A DNA stretch of 45,374 nt from Woeseiaceae bacterium (GTDB lineage: Bacteria; Pseudomonadota; Gammaproteobacteria; Steroidobacterales; Woeseiaceae): positions 1 to 45,374 of the forward strand of contig WTCH01000145.1 of the NCBI GenBank assembly GCA_013138675.1, in the 5' to 3' direction. Shown piece after piece: positions 25,385 to 34,817 of this stretch. A program made the translations under genes and the position numbers. Below the pieces are notes generated by a model, which saw nothing but the letters and a program-made list of their open reading frames with translations, searched no databases and was not told the DNA's origin. The number at the start of each line of letters is the position of its first letter. The stretch's first letter is position 1.

Positions 25385-26851
25385 ATGGCCGTACAGCAAC
25401 GAATCGTACGTTGCGTCCTGATTGCCACATTATTGCTGAGTCTCGGCAATGCTTACGCGCAGGACGAACTAAGAAAGACGTTTTTCAAGGAAGCAGACGC
25501 CGCCAAGGCGGCGGCTGACAACGCCAACGCCCAGCTCCTGGCCCCACGCAACTATTCGCGCGGCATGGACGAGTACAAGGATGCTGAGATTGCGCTCGAG
25601 CGTGGCCGCAATATTGAGACTGTCCGCTCCAATGCGGCTGATGCCACGCGTTACTTCAAGACCGCAACGACGGCCGCAGATTTGGCTGATACGGCGTTGG
25701 CCCAGGTGATGAAAAGTCGCCAGGACGCAGCTAATGCGCGCGCACCCGAGCTGTCCAGGGAAATCTGGGAACAGGCGCAACGCAGATTTGGCGAAGCGAT
25801 ACGCCTGCTCGAACGCGGCGACCTGAAAGGGTCCAAGCGACGCGACATCGAGGCCACGAGCCTGTATCGGGACGCCGAGCTCGTCGCTATCAAGGCGCAG
25901 TACCTCACCGAGACACGCCAGCTGCTGGCCCAGGCCGACCGTGCCAGGGTTGGACGTTATGCGCCGATTACGCTCGGCCAAGCCAAGCAACTACTTGCGA
26001 ATGCCGAACGCGAATTGAACGAGAACCGCTACGATACCGACCTGCCTCGCAGTCTCGCGCGGCAAGCAAACTACGAAGCCAAGCACGCCATTTACCTGTC
26101 CGAGGTTGTGCGCAAGGTCCGCGACCGCGACCTGACCGTCGAGCAACTCGTGCTGCAGTGGGAAAAGCCACTACGTGACGTATCCGGTGCCGCTGATGTC
26201 GTACCTGATATGGAAGACGGTCCGGACCGCCTGGCCGCTGAGCTTGTTGCCTACATCGAATTGAAGAACAACGAGAACCAGGCACTGGGGCAGGAGAATT
26301 CTGAAAACGAAATGCGGCTCTCGGAAATGGAAGAGGAAATGACTGCACTCGACAAACGCCTCGGCGGTGCGACGGCGGAACGTGCGGCCCTTGTTCAACG
26401 ACTTGAGGCCCAGGCCCGTGTCAAACAGCAGTTCGCACAGGTCGAGAAGATGTTCTCAGCGGCCGAGGCACGCGTGTTTCGCGAGGGCAACAACATCATC
26501 CTGCGTCTTACTGGCCTGACATTCGACAGCGGCCAATCACAAATCAAGCCAGCTAGTTTCGACTTGCTGGGCAAGGTTGAGAAAGCGATCGACGTTTTCC
26601 CGCGCAGTGAACTCATCATTGAGGGTCACACCGACTCCTTTGGCGGTGACGACTCTAATCAGAAGCTATCGCAGGAACGCGCTGAATCTGTACAGCAGTA
26701 CATGATCAACGCCATGCGTATTCCGACCTACCGGCTGATCGCCACAGGCTACGGCGAAACGCGGCCGGTCGCGAGCAACGAGACCGAATCAGGGCGTACG
26801 CGTAACCGGCGAATCGACATTGTCATTCGGCCGAATATTGAGGCGCCCTGA
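25385..26851 (+). CDS. OmpA-family protein with long N-terminal helical/coiled-coil region
   Basis: Signal peptide ending NAYAQ. About 330 aa of Ala/Glu/Arg-rich helix. The C-terminal OmpA-like peptidoglycan-binding domain has EGHTDSFG...NQKLSQERAESV...NRRIDIV. Confidence 0.85.
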   Translation: MAVQQRIVRCVLIATLLLSLGNAYAQDELRKTFFKEADAAKAAADNANAQLLAPRNYSRGMDEYKDAEIALERGRNIETVRSNAADATRYFKTATTAADLADTALAQVMKSRQDAANARAPELSREIWEQAQRRFGEAIRLLERGDLKGSKRRDIEATSLYRDAELVAIKAQYLTETRQLLAQADRARVGRYAPITLGQAKQLLANAERELNENRYDTDLPRSLARQANYEAKHAIYLSEVVRKVRDRDLTVEQLVLQWEKPLRDVSGAADVVPDMEDGPDRLAAELVAYIELKNNENQALGQENSENEMRLSEMEEEMTALDKRLGGATAERAALVQRLEAQARVKQQFAQVEKMFSAAEARVFREGNNIILRLTGLTFDSGQSQIKPASFDLLGKVEKAIDVFPRSELIIEGHTDSFGGDDSNQKLSQERAESVQQYMINAMRIPTYRLIATGYGETRPVASNETESGRTRNRRIDIVIRPNIEAP

Positions 26852-27746
26852 CCGACGTCCACCAGTCTGCGACGATCCCGGCCGTTACCGAGTTTGCGAG
26901 GTAGCCGTACTCGGCGTGGACATTAAGGACACCGTCGAGGCGGAAGAAATTGTGTAATTCCCTGTCGTCGATAGTGCTGACAAGGCCACGCTCGACCATT
27001 GCGCCGAAATCAACCGCCAATTCGGAGTCGACTGCTGTCAGATCCCCGACCGCGGCCAGGTTGACCCAGCGATCGATCCCCAGCGGGTAACGCTCGCCCC
27101 CCTCATCGCGAAACCCTTGCAGGCGTCGTTGCACGAAGCGTTGTCCAAGCGGGCTGCCCATTGTCAGTAACGTATTGATGTGGACATGATCGCGCTCGTT
27201 GTAGGCCATCTGCCAGAGGCTATCCCAGGCGATCACCGACCCCATGCTGTGGGCGATCAGCAATACCGGCCGGCCGGATTCGGCAGCAGAGCGAAGTGGC
27301 ATTTTCAGCATCTGCCTCGTGTGTTCAGCTATTTCGTTCTGGTTGCGCTGGTAGCGGCGCAGGTCGCGCAGATGTAATTCGAGGCGGTCATTCGTGATGT
27401 GCGGAATCAGGAATGGCATGACGTCGGCGGCGAAGAACACCCAGCGCGCGAGCCGCCGCTTCCAGGAGCTCGCTTCGGCCTTGTCCCTCGCTGTCGCTTC
27501 GGATTGCGTGATGACCGCGTCTATCGCCTCAAGGTCCAGATCGATATCCCGGTGTTCACGGTAGAAATCGTAGGTCCACGACACGATGTCGAAACAGTGC
27601 AGGTTGGCGGCGATATCCAGCGCTACCTTTTCATCGTGACGCCTGAGACCGGCCAGCAGGCAACGAAACAACGCGTCTCGATGAGCCTTGGGCTCGGGCT
27701 TGGGTAATAGCCCGGGAACATAAAGTATGAGAGGTCGACCATTCAC
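26823..27746 (-). CDS. alpha/beta hydrolase (lipase-like)
   Basis: LILYVPG near the N-terminus and the nucleophile elbow AHSMGS. The 3' end overlaps the convergent OmpA-family gene by 29 nt. Confidence 0.6.
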   Translation of the reverse strand: MNGRPLILYVPGLLPKPEPKAHRDALFRCLLAGLRRHDEKVALDIAANLHCFDIVSWTYDFYREHRDIDLDLEAIDAVITQSEATARDKAEASSWKRRLARWVFFAADVMPFLIPHITNDRLELHLRDLRRYQRNQNEIAEHTRQMLKMPLRSAAESGRPVLLIAHSMGSVIAWDSLWQMAYNERDHVHINTLLTMGSPLGQRFVQRRLQGFRDEGGERYPLGIDRWVNLAAVGDLTAVDSELAVDFGAMVERGLVSTIDDRELHNFFRLDGVLNVHAEYGYLANSVTAGIVADWWTSVRAPQYSAE

Positions 27747-27748
27747 GA

Positions 27749-28435
27749 TTAAATGCCAAGCAAAGCTAACAGCTCGCCGATGTCCTTGACGATGCCGTCA
27801 GGGCGTTGCAGGTGGTCCGGCCAGTCGTCACCATGGCGATTGACCCAGACCGACTTAAGCCCCGCGTTACTCGCACCGACGACGTCCACCTCGGGATGAT
27901 CACCAACGTGCAGTGTTTCGTGATTTGCCGCGCCGCCTGCTTTGGCGGCGACGTCGAAGATTTCACGCGCCGGTTTCGCCACGCCGGCCGATGATGCGGA
28001 AACGACGTCATCGAACAAATCGCGAATGCCGATCGTGTCGAGATTTGCATTGCCGTTTGTCACGGCGATGACACTGAACTTTTCGCCAAGAACGCTGAGT
28101 GCGGGTCGCACCTCTGGAAATAGCTCGACATCATTGCGGTAGGCGCTGAACAATGCCATTGCGCCATCGACAGGTGCCTCTCCGTAGCCGGCGGCAGCGC
28201 CGACCTGGCCAAGTACCTTGCGGCGCAGGAACGTAAAGTCGTGACCCTTATCCCTGTACTCCGTCACGACATCTTCGCGCATCTGCATCAAATCCTGCGG
28301 CGAAAAGCGTTCGGTGATACGCGGGTAGTTCTCCTGTAACCACGCATAAAGCGCCTTTTCTGCGCGCATGATCACAGGATGAATGGCCCAAAGCGTGTCA
28401 TCGAGATCGAGCGTTATTGTGCGAATGTCCTGCAT
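27749..28435 (-). CDS. HAD-IA family hydrolase
   Basis: Motif I LDLDDTLW, motif II VTNG and motif IV VGDHPEVDV. Start trimmed to the ATG at 28435. Confidence 0.75.
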   Translation of the reverse strand: MQDIRTITLDLDDTLWAIHPVIMRAEKALYAWLQENYPRITERFSPQDLMQMREDVVTEYRDKGHDFTFLRRKVLGQVGAAAGYGEAPVDGAMALFSAYRNDVELFPEVRPALSVLGEKFSVIAVTNGNANLDTIGIRDLFDDVVSASSAGVAKPAREIFDVAAKAGGAANHETLHVGDHPEVDVVGASNAGLKSVWVNRHGDDWPDHLQRPDGIVKDIGELLALLGI

Positions 28436-28451
28436 AGGCGAATATTGTGGC

Positions 28452-28871
28452 ATGAAATACTTGCATACGATGGTACGCGTCAAAGATGTTGACGATTCGC
28501 TCGCTTTCTACTGCGATTTACTGGGGCTCGTAGAACTGCGTCGCTATGACAGCGAACAGGGTCGCTTCACGCTGGTCTTCCTCGCCGCCCCCGGCGATGA
28601 AGAGGCACAGGTCGAACTGACCTGGAACTGGGATCCGGAAGACTACGACGAAGGTCGAAATTTCGGGCACCTGGCCTACGAGGTTGACGACATCTATGGG
28701 CTTTGCCAGCGCCTGATGGACGGTGGTGTCACGATCGGTCGACCACCGCGAGACGGGCACATGGCCTTCGTCCGCTCACCGGACAATATCTCTATCGAAC
28801 TACTGCAAAAGGGCGACGCCCTGCCTGCACAGGAACCGTGGGCATCGATGGAAAACAGCGGCCACTGGTAG
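28452..28871 (+). CDS. gloA: lactoylglutathione lyase (glyoxalase I) family
   Basis: MKYLHTMVRVKDVDDSLAFY...ELTWNW...GHLAY...SIELLQ is collinear with GloA. Confidence 0.75.
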   Translation: MKYLHTMVRVKDVDDSLAFYCDLLGLVELRRYDSEQGRFTLVFLAAPGDEEAQVELTWNWDPEDYDEGRNFGHLAYEVDDIYGLCQRLMDGGVTIGRPPRDGHMAFVRSPDNISIELLQKGDALPAQEPWASMENSGHW

Positions 28872-30554
28872 TTAGCCGGCGGGCATCAGCGGCGGTAGTT
28901 GTTCGTTGTTTTCCGTCGTTTCGTCTTTGAGGACGGAGAATGAGCGGATCGCGGCAGCGAGCGCTTCACCATCGAACTCACCGCGTCTTGGCCCGTAGCT
29001 CAGACTCGAAAATCTGTCGAGTTCACTGGCAAGGTCCGGTGATACGCGACTTGCCAGGCTACCGATACTCCGTGGTGTATTTTCCGGCCATTCAAGTGCC
29101 GCCCAATCAAGCAACGATTGTTTAACACTTGCAGCATCTCCGGCACGCGCTGCTTTGCGCGCGGACTTCAGCAGTCGTGACTGCCGTTTGTGCAAGGGCA
29201 CAGGCGCCGGCTCACGCGGCTCTCGTTTAACCGGTCGCGACGTCCACCACCACGCCAGCAGCGTTACGAGCCATACCGCAGCCAGCAGTTCGCTGACACG
29301 CCGCCAGAATCCGCCCGACATCAGGGTCGGCGCGGCGTCGCTATTCGTTTCTGCGTCTGCGCCGTCCACGGCTGCAGTTTCCGCCTCCGGCTCGGGCAGA
29401 GGCGCTTCACCGGACGGCTGTATCGTGATGCTCCTTTCAGGCAGTCGGGCAACTTGCCATTCGGACGTTGTCGTATTCCACCAAGGTACTTCAAGCGCTG
29501 GCAGCGTAACGACGCCCGCCGTAACGCCGATCATTGCGTACTGGTCTTTGCGAATGCCTCGAATGCCACCGGACTCGATGCGTCGGCTGAGTTCTGGTTT
29601 GTCGGGATACACGTTTATGCCGTCAGCCGACGGCGTCTCCAGCGCCGGAATCTGGGTCTCGAGTTGCCCCAGCGCACTGATCGTGACGTGCCGCGTCAGC
29701 GGCTCGCCGGCTTTGACCTCACCCGGTTCTCGTGACCATTCTTCGCTGAGCTGCAAGTCGCGCGCTGGCAGCCAGACCGCATCCGGAAATTCATCAGGGC
29801 GCGGCGGAATCGACTGCACCGTGATGACCTGGGGCTCGGACTCAAAGACCTTGCGACCGGTTATTCGGCCATTTCTCAATACACGCGCCTCGAAGCGCGC
29901 CGGCGAGATTTCGATGCTGCCGCTTTCCTGCGGATATAACGCGTAAACCCGCTCAACGACGTTGTACGCCGTGCCATCGATGACCGCCTCATAGCTGCGA
30001 TCGTCTCCTGCCATTTCGCTGAGCACCTCGACGCCGCTGATCGTCGGGTCCCGCAAGGCCGGCTGGCGGGTCGCTACGGACCGGTAGATCTTGATCGTCA
30101 GGAGGACCTGGGCCTGTACATAGGTTTCATTGAAATCGACTTCGCTCGTCAGAAACACTTCGGCGACACCCGGCGGCGCGTAGCTGGGCTCACTCACTGT
30201 AATAATCAGTGGGTCGCTTTGCTCAGTCCCGACTGAGACCGGCGGAATCGTCATCTGGCCTGCGCGCTTCGGCATCAGCACGTACGTCCACGTCTTGCTG
30301 CGGCGAATCTGGCCGTTAACGATCGTCGTATTACTGAGCTGACTGCCCTGCCCGATATAAAAGTCCTGCTCGAGGACCGAGATGTCCGGCTGCAGATCAA
30401 TGTTTGCGTCCGTGATGACCTCGAGAGTGAACGACTCATTCAGCTCAATGTCCGCGCGATCAACGCGCGTCGTCACGGCGGCAAACGACTGCACGGAAAG
30501 CAGCAGTACCGATAATGTAATCCACGCTGTCTGTCGCAGCTTGATCCCTACCAC
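28872..30554 (-). CDS. batD: BatD-family (oxygen tolerance) protein
   Basis: GTG start and a signal peptide. A large beta-rich ectodomain, a late TM helix (LLAAVWLVTLLAWWW) and a cytoplasmic tail. Last gene of the MoxR/VWA operon. Confidence 0.7.
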   Translation of the reverse strand: MVGIKLRQTAWITLSVLLLSVQSFAAVTTRVDRADIELNESFTLEVITDANIDLQPDISVLEQDFYIGQGSQLSNTTIVNGQIRRSKTWTYVLMPKRAGQMTIPPVSVGTEQSDPLIITVSEPSYAPPGVAEVFLTSEVDFNETYVQAQVLLTIKIYRSVATRQPALRDPTISGVEVLSEMAGDDRSYEAVIDGTAYNVVERVYALYPQESGSIEISPARFEARVLRNGRITGRKVFESEPQVITVQSIPPRPDEFPDAVWLPARDLQLSEEWSREPGEVKAGEPLTRHVTISALGQLETQIPALETPSADGINVYPDKPELSRRIESGGIRGIRKDQYAMIGVTAGVVTLPALEVPWWNTTTSEWQVARLPERSITIQPSGEAPLPEPEAETAAVDGADAETNSDAAPTLMSGGFWRRVSELLAAVWLVTLLAWWWTSRPVKREPREPAPVPLHKRQSRLLKSARKAARAGDAASVKQSLLDWAALEWPENTPRSIGSLASRVSPDLASELDRFSSLSYGPRRGEFDGEALAAAIRSFSVLKDETTENNEQLPPLMPAG

Positions 30555-32350
30555 GGTTGCACCTCGTCGTCCGGCCAGGTGTTATTGCCATCCTGGTCCT
30601 TGCCGGTTTTTTGATATTGATAGCGGAATTTGCGCCGCAGCAGGCCACCCGGATCATTCGGGATGCGCCGCAGCCATTGCTCCATTGCCTGTTCCTGTTC
30701 CTGCTCACGCCGCAGCGCTTCAAGCTCTTCGGGCGTCAGCTGTTGTTGTGCCATTTGCTGTTCGTTTTGCGCAGCTTCCTCGGCGGCGCGCTGCAGTTCT
30801 TCCTGCATAGCCTGAAGGTCTTCCTCGCTGGCCTCCTGATCATCGCGCTGCGAGGCGTCACCCTCCTCCGACTGACTGTCCGACTGCGAGTTGCTGTCCT
30901 CACTTTGCTGCTCTGACTCACTCTCACTGTCGGACTGCTCGCCTTCGCCCTGCTGCTCGGATGACTCCTGCTCGTCGCCTTCGTTCTGTTGCTGCTGTTG
31001 TTCCTGAACCTGCTTCAAGAGGTCGCGATTGTACTCCGCGTCTTCATTGTCCGGCTCGAGCTCCAACACTTGTTCGTAGGCGTCAATCGCGGATTCGAAT
31101 TCCCCCTGGCGCGCCATCGCGTTGCCGAGGTTATAGAGGTTTCGAGTATCTTCCTGCTCAGCGAATGCCGCAGCACTTGTCTCATAATCTGCAGCGCGAT
31201 AATTCGCGACGGCCTGCCAGCCCGGATTCTCGAACAGTTCGGCCGCATCAGCCGCAGCGCCCTCGTCGAGCAGCTGTTGCGCTTGCTGGTCCTTCGTCTG
31301 CCAGAGGTCGTTCCAAACTGATGCTTGTGCTTGGTTTCCAAATGGCAGGATGAATAAAAAAATGACCGCAATATAACCACGCCGAAACGCCATGGCGGCA
31401 ATTGGCAATAGCAACAGCACGAGCCAGGGGCCCTCTTCGCGCCAATGGTCTGTCGCGAGATTCTCATCGCCTGCCTGTCGGCTGCCCGCCTCTCCGCTCA
31501 ACAGGTAGTCCAGATCGCGATCATCGGTCGAGAGTACTGAGAACCGTCCGTCGCCCGCCGCTGCGAGCCCTCGCAGCGAATGTTCCTCGAGGCGCGGCAC
31601 CGCGATATTGCCGGACTGATCCGTAACAAAACCGCCGCTGACCCGTGGGATGGGCGCACCTTCTGCTGTGCCGACCGCGAGTATTGACAGCGTAAACCCG
31701 GAGCCCTTGAGGTCGCGGGCAATGCGTTCGGCTGCCGGGGACGAACTGCCGTCAGTAATCAGCAGAATCTCACCAACGCCGGCACCCGCCTGCTCCAGTA
31801 GTTGCCGGCCCTTGTTGATGGCGGCAATCGGATAACTGCCACGACTCGGCATGATGTCGGTACTCAGGCTGTTGACGAGTGCGGCGATGGTGTCGTTGTC
31901 CGTCGTCAGCGGGGTGACTGTGAACGCGTTAGCCGAGTACACAACGAGTGCGGTCTGACCGCTGCCACGTCGCTCGAGCATGTCGAGTATCTTCAGGCGT
32001 GCCCGAATCAGACGGCTCGGCGCAATGTCCTGCGCATCCATCGAGCGCGACAGGTCAAGAGCAATGACGAGCGCCTGGTCGGAACGAAACACGGGTTGTT
32101 CGACGCGCTGCCAGGCCGGACCCGCTATTGCAACTGCCGCGATTACCCCGCCGAGGCCAAGCAACCACCAGCGATAATCGGCGCGGCGGGTGGCGCTGCG
32201 TGACAGGACGTGCGGTGCGAGTGCGGCATCCACTACGTGCTGCCAGCTACCCGGACCGAGCTGGCGCCGCGCGAGCAAAATCGTACAGGCGATCACGGCC
32301 GGGACAGCCCAGAGCCATTCGGGGCGCAGGAAGTGAAACTCAGCCAGCAT
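30548..32350 (-). CDS. batB: VWA-domain membrane protein fused to TPR region and poly-acidic tail (BatB/BatC-like)
   Basis: Start trimmed to MLAEFHFLRPEWLW. MIDAS motif ALDLSRSMD. TPR-like YNLGNAMARQGEFESAIDAYEQVLELEPDN. About 90 aa of Gln/Glu/Asp/Ser low complexity. Confidence 0.8.
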   Translation of the reverse strand: MLAEFHFLRPEWLWAVPAVIACTILLARRQLGPGSWQHVVDAALAPHVLSRSATRRADYRWWLLGLGGVIAAVAIAGPAWQRVEQPVFRSDQALVIALDLSRSMDAQDIAPSRLIRARLKILDMLERRGSGQTALVVYSANAFTVTPLTTDNDTIAALVNSLSTDIMPSRGSYPIAAINKGRQLLEQAGAGVGEILLITDGSSSPAAERIARDLKGSGFTLSILAVGTAEGAPIPRVSGGFVTDQSGNIAVPRLEEHSLRGLAAAGDGRFSVLSTDDRDLDYLLSGEAGSRQAGDENLATDHWREEGPWLVLLLLPIAAMAFRRGYIAVIFLFILPFGNQAQASVWNDLWQTKDQQAQQLLDEGAAADAAELFENPGWQAVANYRAADYETSAAAFAEQEDTRNLYNLGNAMARQGEFESAIDAYEQVLELEPDNEDAEYNRDLLKQVQEQQQQQNEGDEQESSEQQGEGEQSDSESESEQQSEDSNSQSDSQSEEGDASQRDDQEASEEDLQAMQEELQRAAEEAAQNEQQMAQQQLTPEELEALRREQEQEQAMEQWLRRIPNDPGGLLRRKFRYQYQKTGKDQDGNNTWPDDEVQPW

Positions 32351-33374
32351 CGGCTTCTGCTCCGTCCAGGCGCCGCAGTGCGAGGCTCTGCAACAGGCTG
32401 ACAACACATAGGAGACCGGCCAGCGCGAACGCTCCACCGAGCGGCCAGAAATAGTGCGACTTGACCGGACGAAAGCCCGCCTCAGGTTCGTCGACGGGCT
32501 CAAGCTCATCGACAAGCCGGTATATGTCCTGCAGCCCGGCCGTATCCTTGGCGCGGAAATAGCGGCCGCCCGTCATCTCGGCGATTCCGGTCAACGTCTC
32601 TTCATCAAGATCTGCTGACGGGTTGATATTGCGGCTACCGCCGATCAGCGACGAAACCTGCATCTGTTCGGCGCCGATACCGATAGTGTAAATGCGCAGG
32701 CCGACCTGCTGCGCAAGTTGCGCGGCTTTCATCGGCTCAATCTCGCCGGCCGTATTGGCGCCATCGGTTAACAGCACAAGGACCTGTTCGCTGGCATCGA
32801 CCTGCTGGTCATGGATGCGCTTGACCGCGAGTGTTATGGCGTCGCCGATGGCTGTCTTCTCGCCTGCCAGACCGATAAATGCCTCGAGCAGTAGCACCTT
32901 GACCGTTTCCCGATCCAGCGTCAGGGGCACTTGCAGGTAGGCGCGCTCGCCAAACAGGATGAGTCCGATACGATCGCCTTCGCGACGGCTGATGAAATCA
33001 CTCGCCACCGCCTTGGTCGCGGTCAGCCGGTCAACGCGACGGCTACCGAGTTCAAAATCTTTCTGGTCCATGCTGCCCGACAGATCGACGGCGAGCATGA
33101 GATTGCGACCGGACACCGGCACATCGAGTTCATCACCGATGCGCTCGGGCCGTGCGGCTGCCACGACCAGCAAGATCCACGCCGTTGCTGCCAGCCAGAA
33201 GCGCCAATTCAAAAATTGCTCTAAATCAGGTCGTTGAGAGAGCGTCGAGAAAAATGACAGCGATGGCACCTTGAGGCCCGCATCCTGCAGTGTCGGCGAC
33301 TCCGACATCAGCTTGCGAGCGATGAACGGTAGCGGCAACGCCAGCATTGCCCACGGCCAGGCGAACGACCACAT
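32340..33374 (-). CDS. batA: VWA-domain membrane protein BatA-like
   Basis: Start trimmed to MWSFAWPWAMLALPLPF. MIDAS motif AVDLSGSMD. C-terminal TM helix. Confidence 0.8.
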   Translation of the reverse strand: MWSFAWPWAMLALPLPFIARKLMSESPTLQDAGLKVPSLSFFSTLSQRPDLEQFLNWRFWLAATAWILLVVAAARPERIGDELDVPVSGRNLMLAVDLSGSMDQKDFELGSRRVDRLTATKAVASDFISRREGDRIGLILFGERAYLQVPLTLDRETVKVLLLEAFIGLAGEKTAIGDAITLAVKRIHDQQVDASEQVLVLLTDGANTAGEIEPMKAAQLAQQVGLRIYTIGIGAEQMQVSSLIGGSRNINPSADLDEETLTGIAEMTGGRYFRAKDTAGLQDIYRLVDELEPVDEPEAGFRPVKSHYFWPLGGAFALAGLLCVVSLLQSLALRRLDGAEADAG

Positions 33375-33865
33375 CAGCGACGTCCTCCGACCGGCGTTGC
33401 CAGGCGCTGGCGCACGGCCGCCACGACATCGACCAGTTCGAATGCCGACAGGTCGTCGTCGGGCTTGCGATACGGCAACTCGAGCAGCTTGCGACCGGCG
33501 TCGCTCGTGAATCGGGGTTGATCGAGGTCGCGATCCAGCCATTTCAGCCAGGCATCACCTGTCAGGCCCGCAACCTCCTGTCGAGGTGCGTACGCGAGCA
33601 TCGTACGTCGCAGCAATTCTGAGACATCGCTGCTAAACGCCACGGTATCGCGGTGTTGCTCGAACGCCACGGTCAGTTCATTGAGTTGTCGCAGCGCATG
33701 GCGGCGCGCCGCACCGCGGGCTCGCGTATTGAGATACAGCCGGAACAGGTAGATCAGTGCGCCAGCGACGAGCGCAATAACGACCCACCATCCGGGCGCG
33801 AGAGGCCACCAGCTGATCGCCTCGGGCAGGTGCAGGTCGCGCAGCGGAATCTGCTCAGGATCCAT
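33374..33865 (-). CDS. DUF4381 domain protein
   Basis: LRDLHLPEAISWWPLAPGWW followed by a TM helix is the DUF4381 signature. 1-nt stop/start overlaps on both sides. Confidence 0.75.
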   Translation of the reverse strand: MDPEQIPLRDLHLPEAISWWPLAPGWWVVIALVAGALIYLFRLYLNTRARGAARRHALRQLNELTVAFEQHRDTVAFSSDVSELLRRTMLAYAPRQEVAGLTGDAWLKWLDRDLDQPRFTSDAGRKLLELPYRKPDDDLSAFELVDVVAAVRQRLATPVGGRR

Positions 33866-34806
33866 CAGTGCCTCCTTTTGCCAAGTGCCGTCTGCAACGC
33901 AGTCACAGGATCGTCCTCGGTGGACAGTGGCATCAGGTGAACGCCGTAACGCTTGCAGAAGGCCTCGAGCTCCTGGGTACGCGCCTGGAACGCCTCGCGA
34001 TAGTCTTTGCGCGCAGCTTTGGCAACCGTATCAATAGCCAGCTCGTTGTCATTCGAGACGAGACGATAGCGACCTGGCGGCGGCAACTGTCTTTCCAGGG
34101 GGTCATTGAGGAATACCGCGAGCACTTCGTTGTGCCGCGCCACGTTCGACAGGTACGACTGCGCACCGCGCGAGAAACCAACGAAGTCGCTCAAAACAAC
34201 AACCAGGCTGCCGGGACGCGCAACCCTGCGCAGTGATGACATCGCCTGGGTCAGTGGTTCCGTGTCATCGCTGGCGAGATAGCGATTGCCCCAGTCGGGG
34301 TGCTCGGCAAGCTGGTGAACGAAACGCAGCGCAGCCTGCCGGCCGAGACGCGGCTTGAGTTCGCGATGCGTGGTATCACCAAAAATCAGGCCACCCAGCC
34401 GATCACCGCGATGGTGGGCCGCCCATGACAAGAGTGCCGCTGCGCGGCTGGCGTTGACCGACTTGAAACACCCGCGTGTCGCGAAATGCATGTTCGCGCG
34501 CAGGTCGACCACAACGAGCACCGGGCGTTCACGCTCTTCGCGAAACAGTTTGGTATACGCCGTTGTGCTGCGCGCGGTGACGCGCCAGTCGATGCTGCGC
34601 GGATCGTCTCCGGGCTGGTAGGGCCGGGACTCGTCGAACTCCATGCCACGACCACGGAAATGCGACACGTAGGCGCCGGTCTGCAGTGAGTTGACGCGCA
34701 CCACATTCAGGGCAATCGCACGCGCAGGCGCGTTGAGCCGGATCAGACCGGACTGGCTCACGCTGACGGGCGATGCGTCTTCGGGTAAATGATCGAGCAG
34801 TGCCAT
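33865..34806 (-). CDS. DUF58 domain protein (VWA-like, MoxR partner)
   Basis: GRGMEFDESRPYQPGDDPRSIDWRVTAR is the DUF58 signature. Located directly downstream of moxR. Confidence 0.85.
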   Translation of the reverse strand: MALLDHLPEDASPVSVSQSGLIRLNAPARAIALNVVRVNSLQTGAYVSHFRGRGMEFDESRPYQPGDDPRSIDWRVTARSTTAYTKLFREERERPVLVVVDLRANMHFATRGCFKSVNASRAAALLSWAAHHRGDRLGGLIFGDTTHRELKPRLGRQAALRFVHQLAEHPDWGNRYLASDDTEPLTQAMSSLRRVARPGSLVVVLSDFVGFSRGAQSYLSNVARHNEVLAVFLNDPLERQLPPPGRYRLVSNDNELAIDTVAKAARKDYREAFQARTQELEAFCKRYGVHLMPLSTEDDPVTALQTALGKRRH

Positions 34807-34817
34807 TGGCGTTCCGC

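Noticed and set aside
29155-29946. 263-aa ORF antisense to batD
   Set aside because: Low-complexity Ser/Arg/Gly translation. This is a shadow of a GC-rich gene that belongs to a coherent operon.
30830-31010. Repetitive-looking DNA (ctg/ctc/gac-rich)
   Set aside because: It is the coding sequence of the poly-acidic Gln/Glu/Asp/Ser tract of the VWA-TPR protein, not an independent repeat element.
32351-33542. Long Arg-rich N-terminal extensions on the two VWA genes in the ORF track (to 32515 and 33542)
   Set aside because: The extensions overlap the upstream genes in another frame and look like GC-driven open frame. The family-typical N-termini (MLAEFHFLRPEWLW and MWSFAWPWAML) start at ATGs that make tight stop/start junctions.
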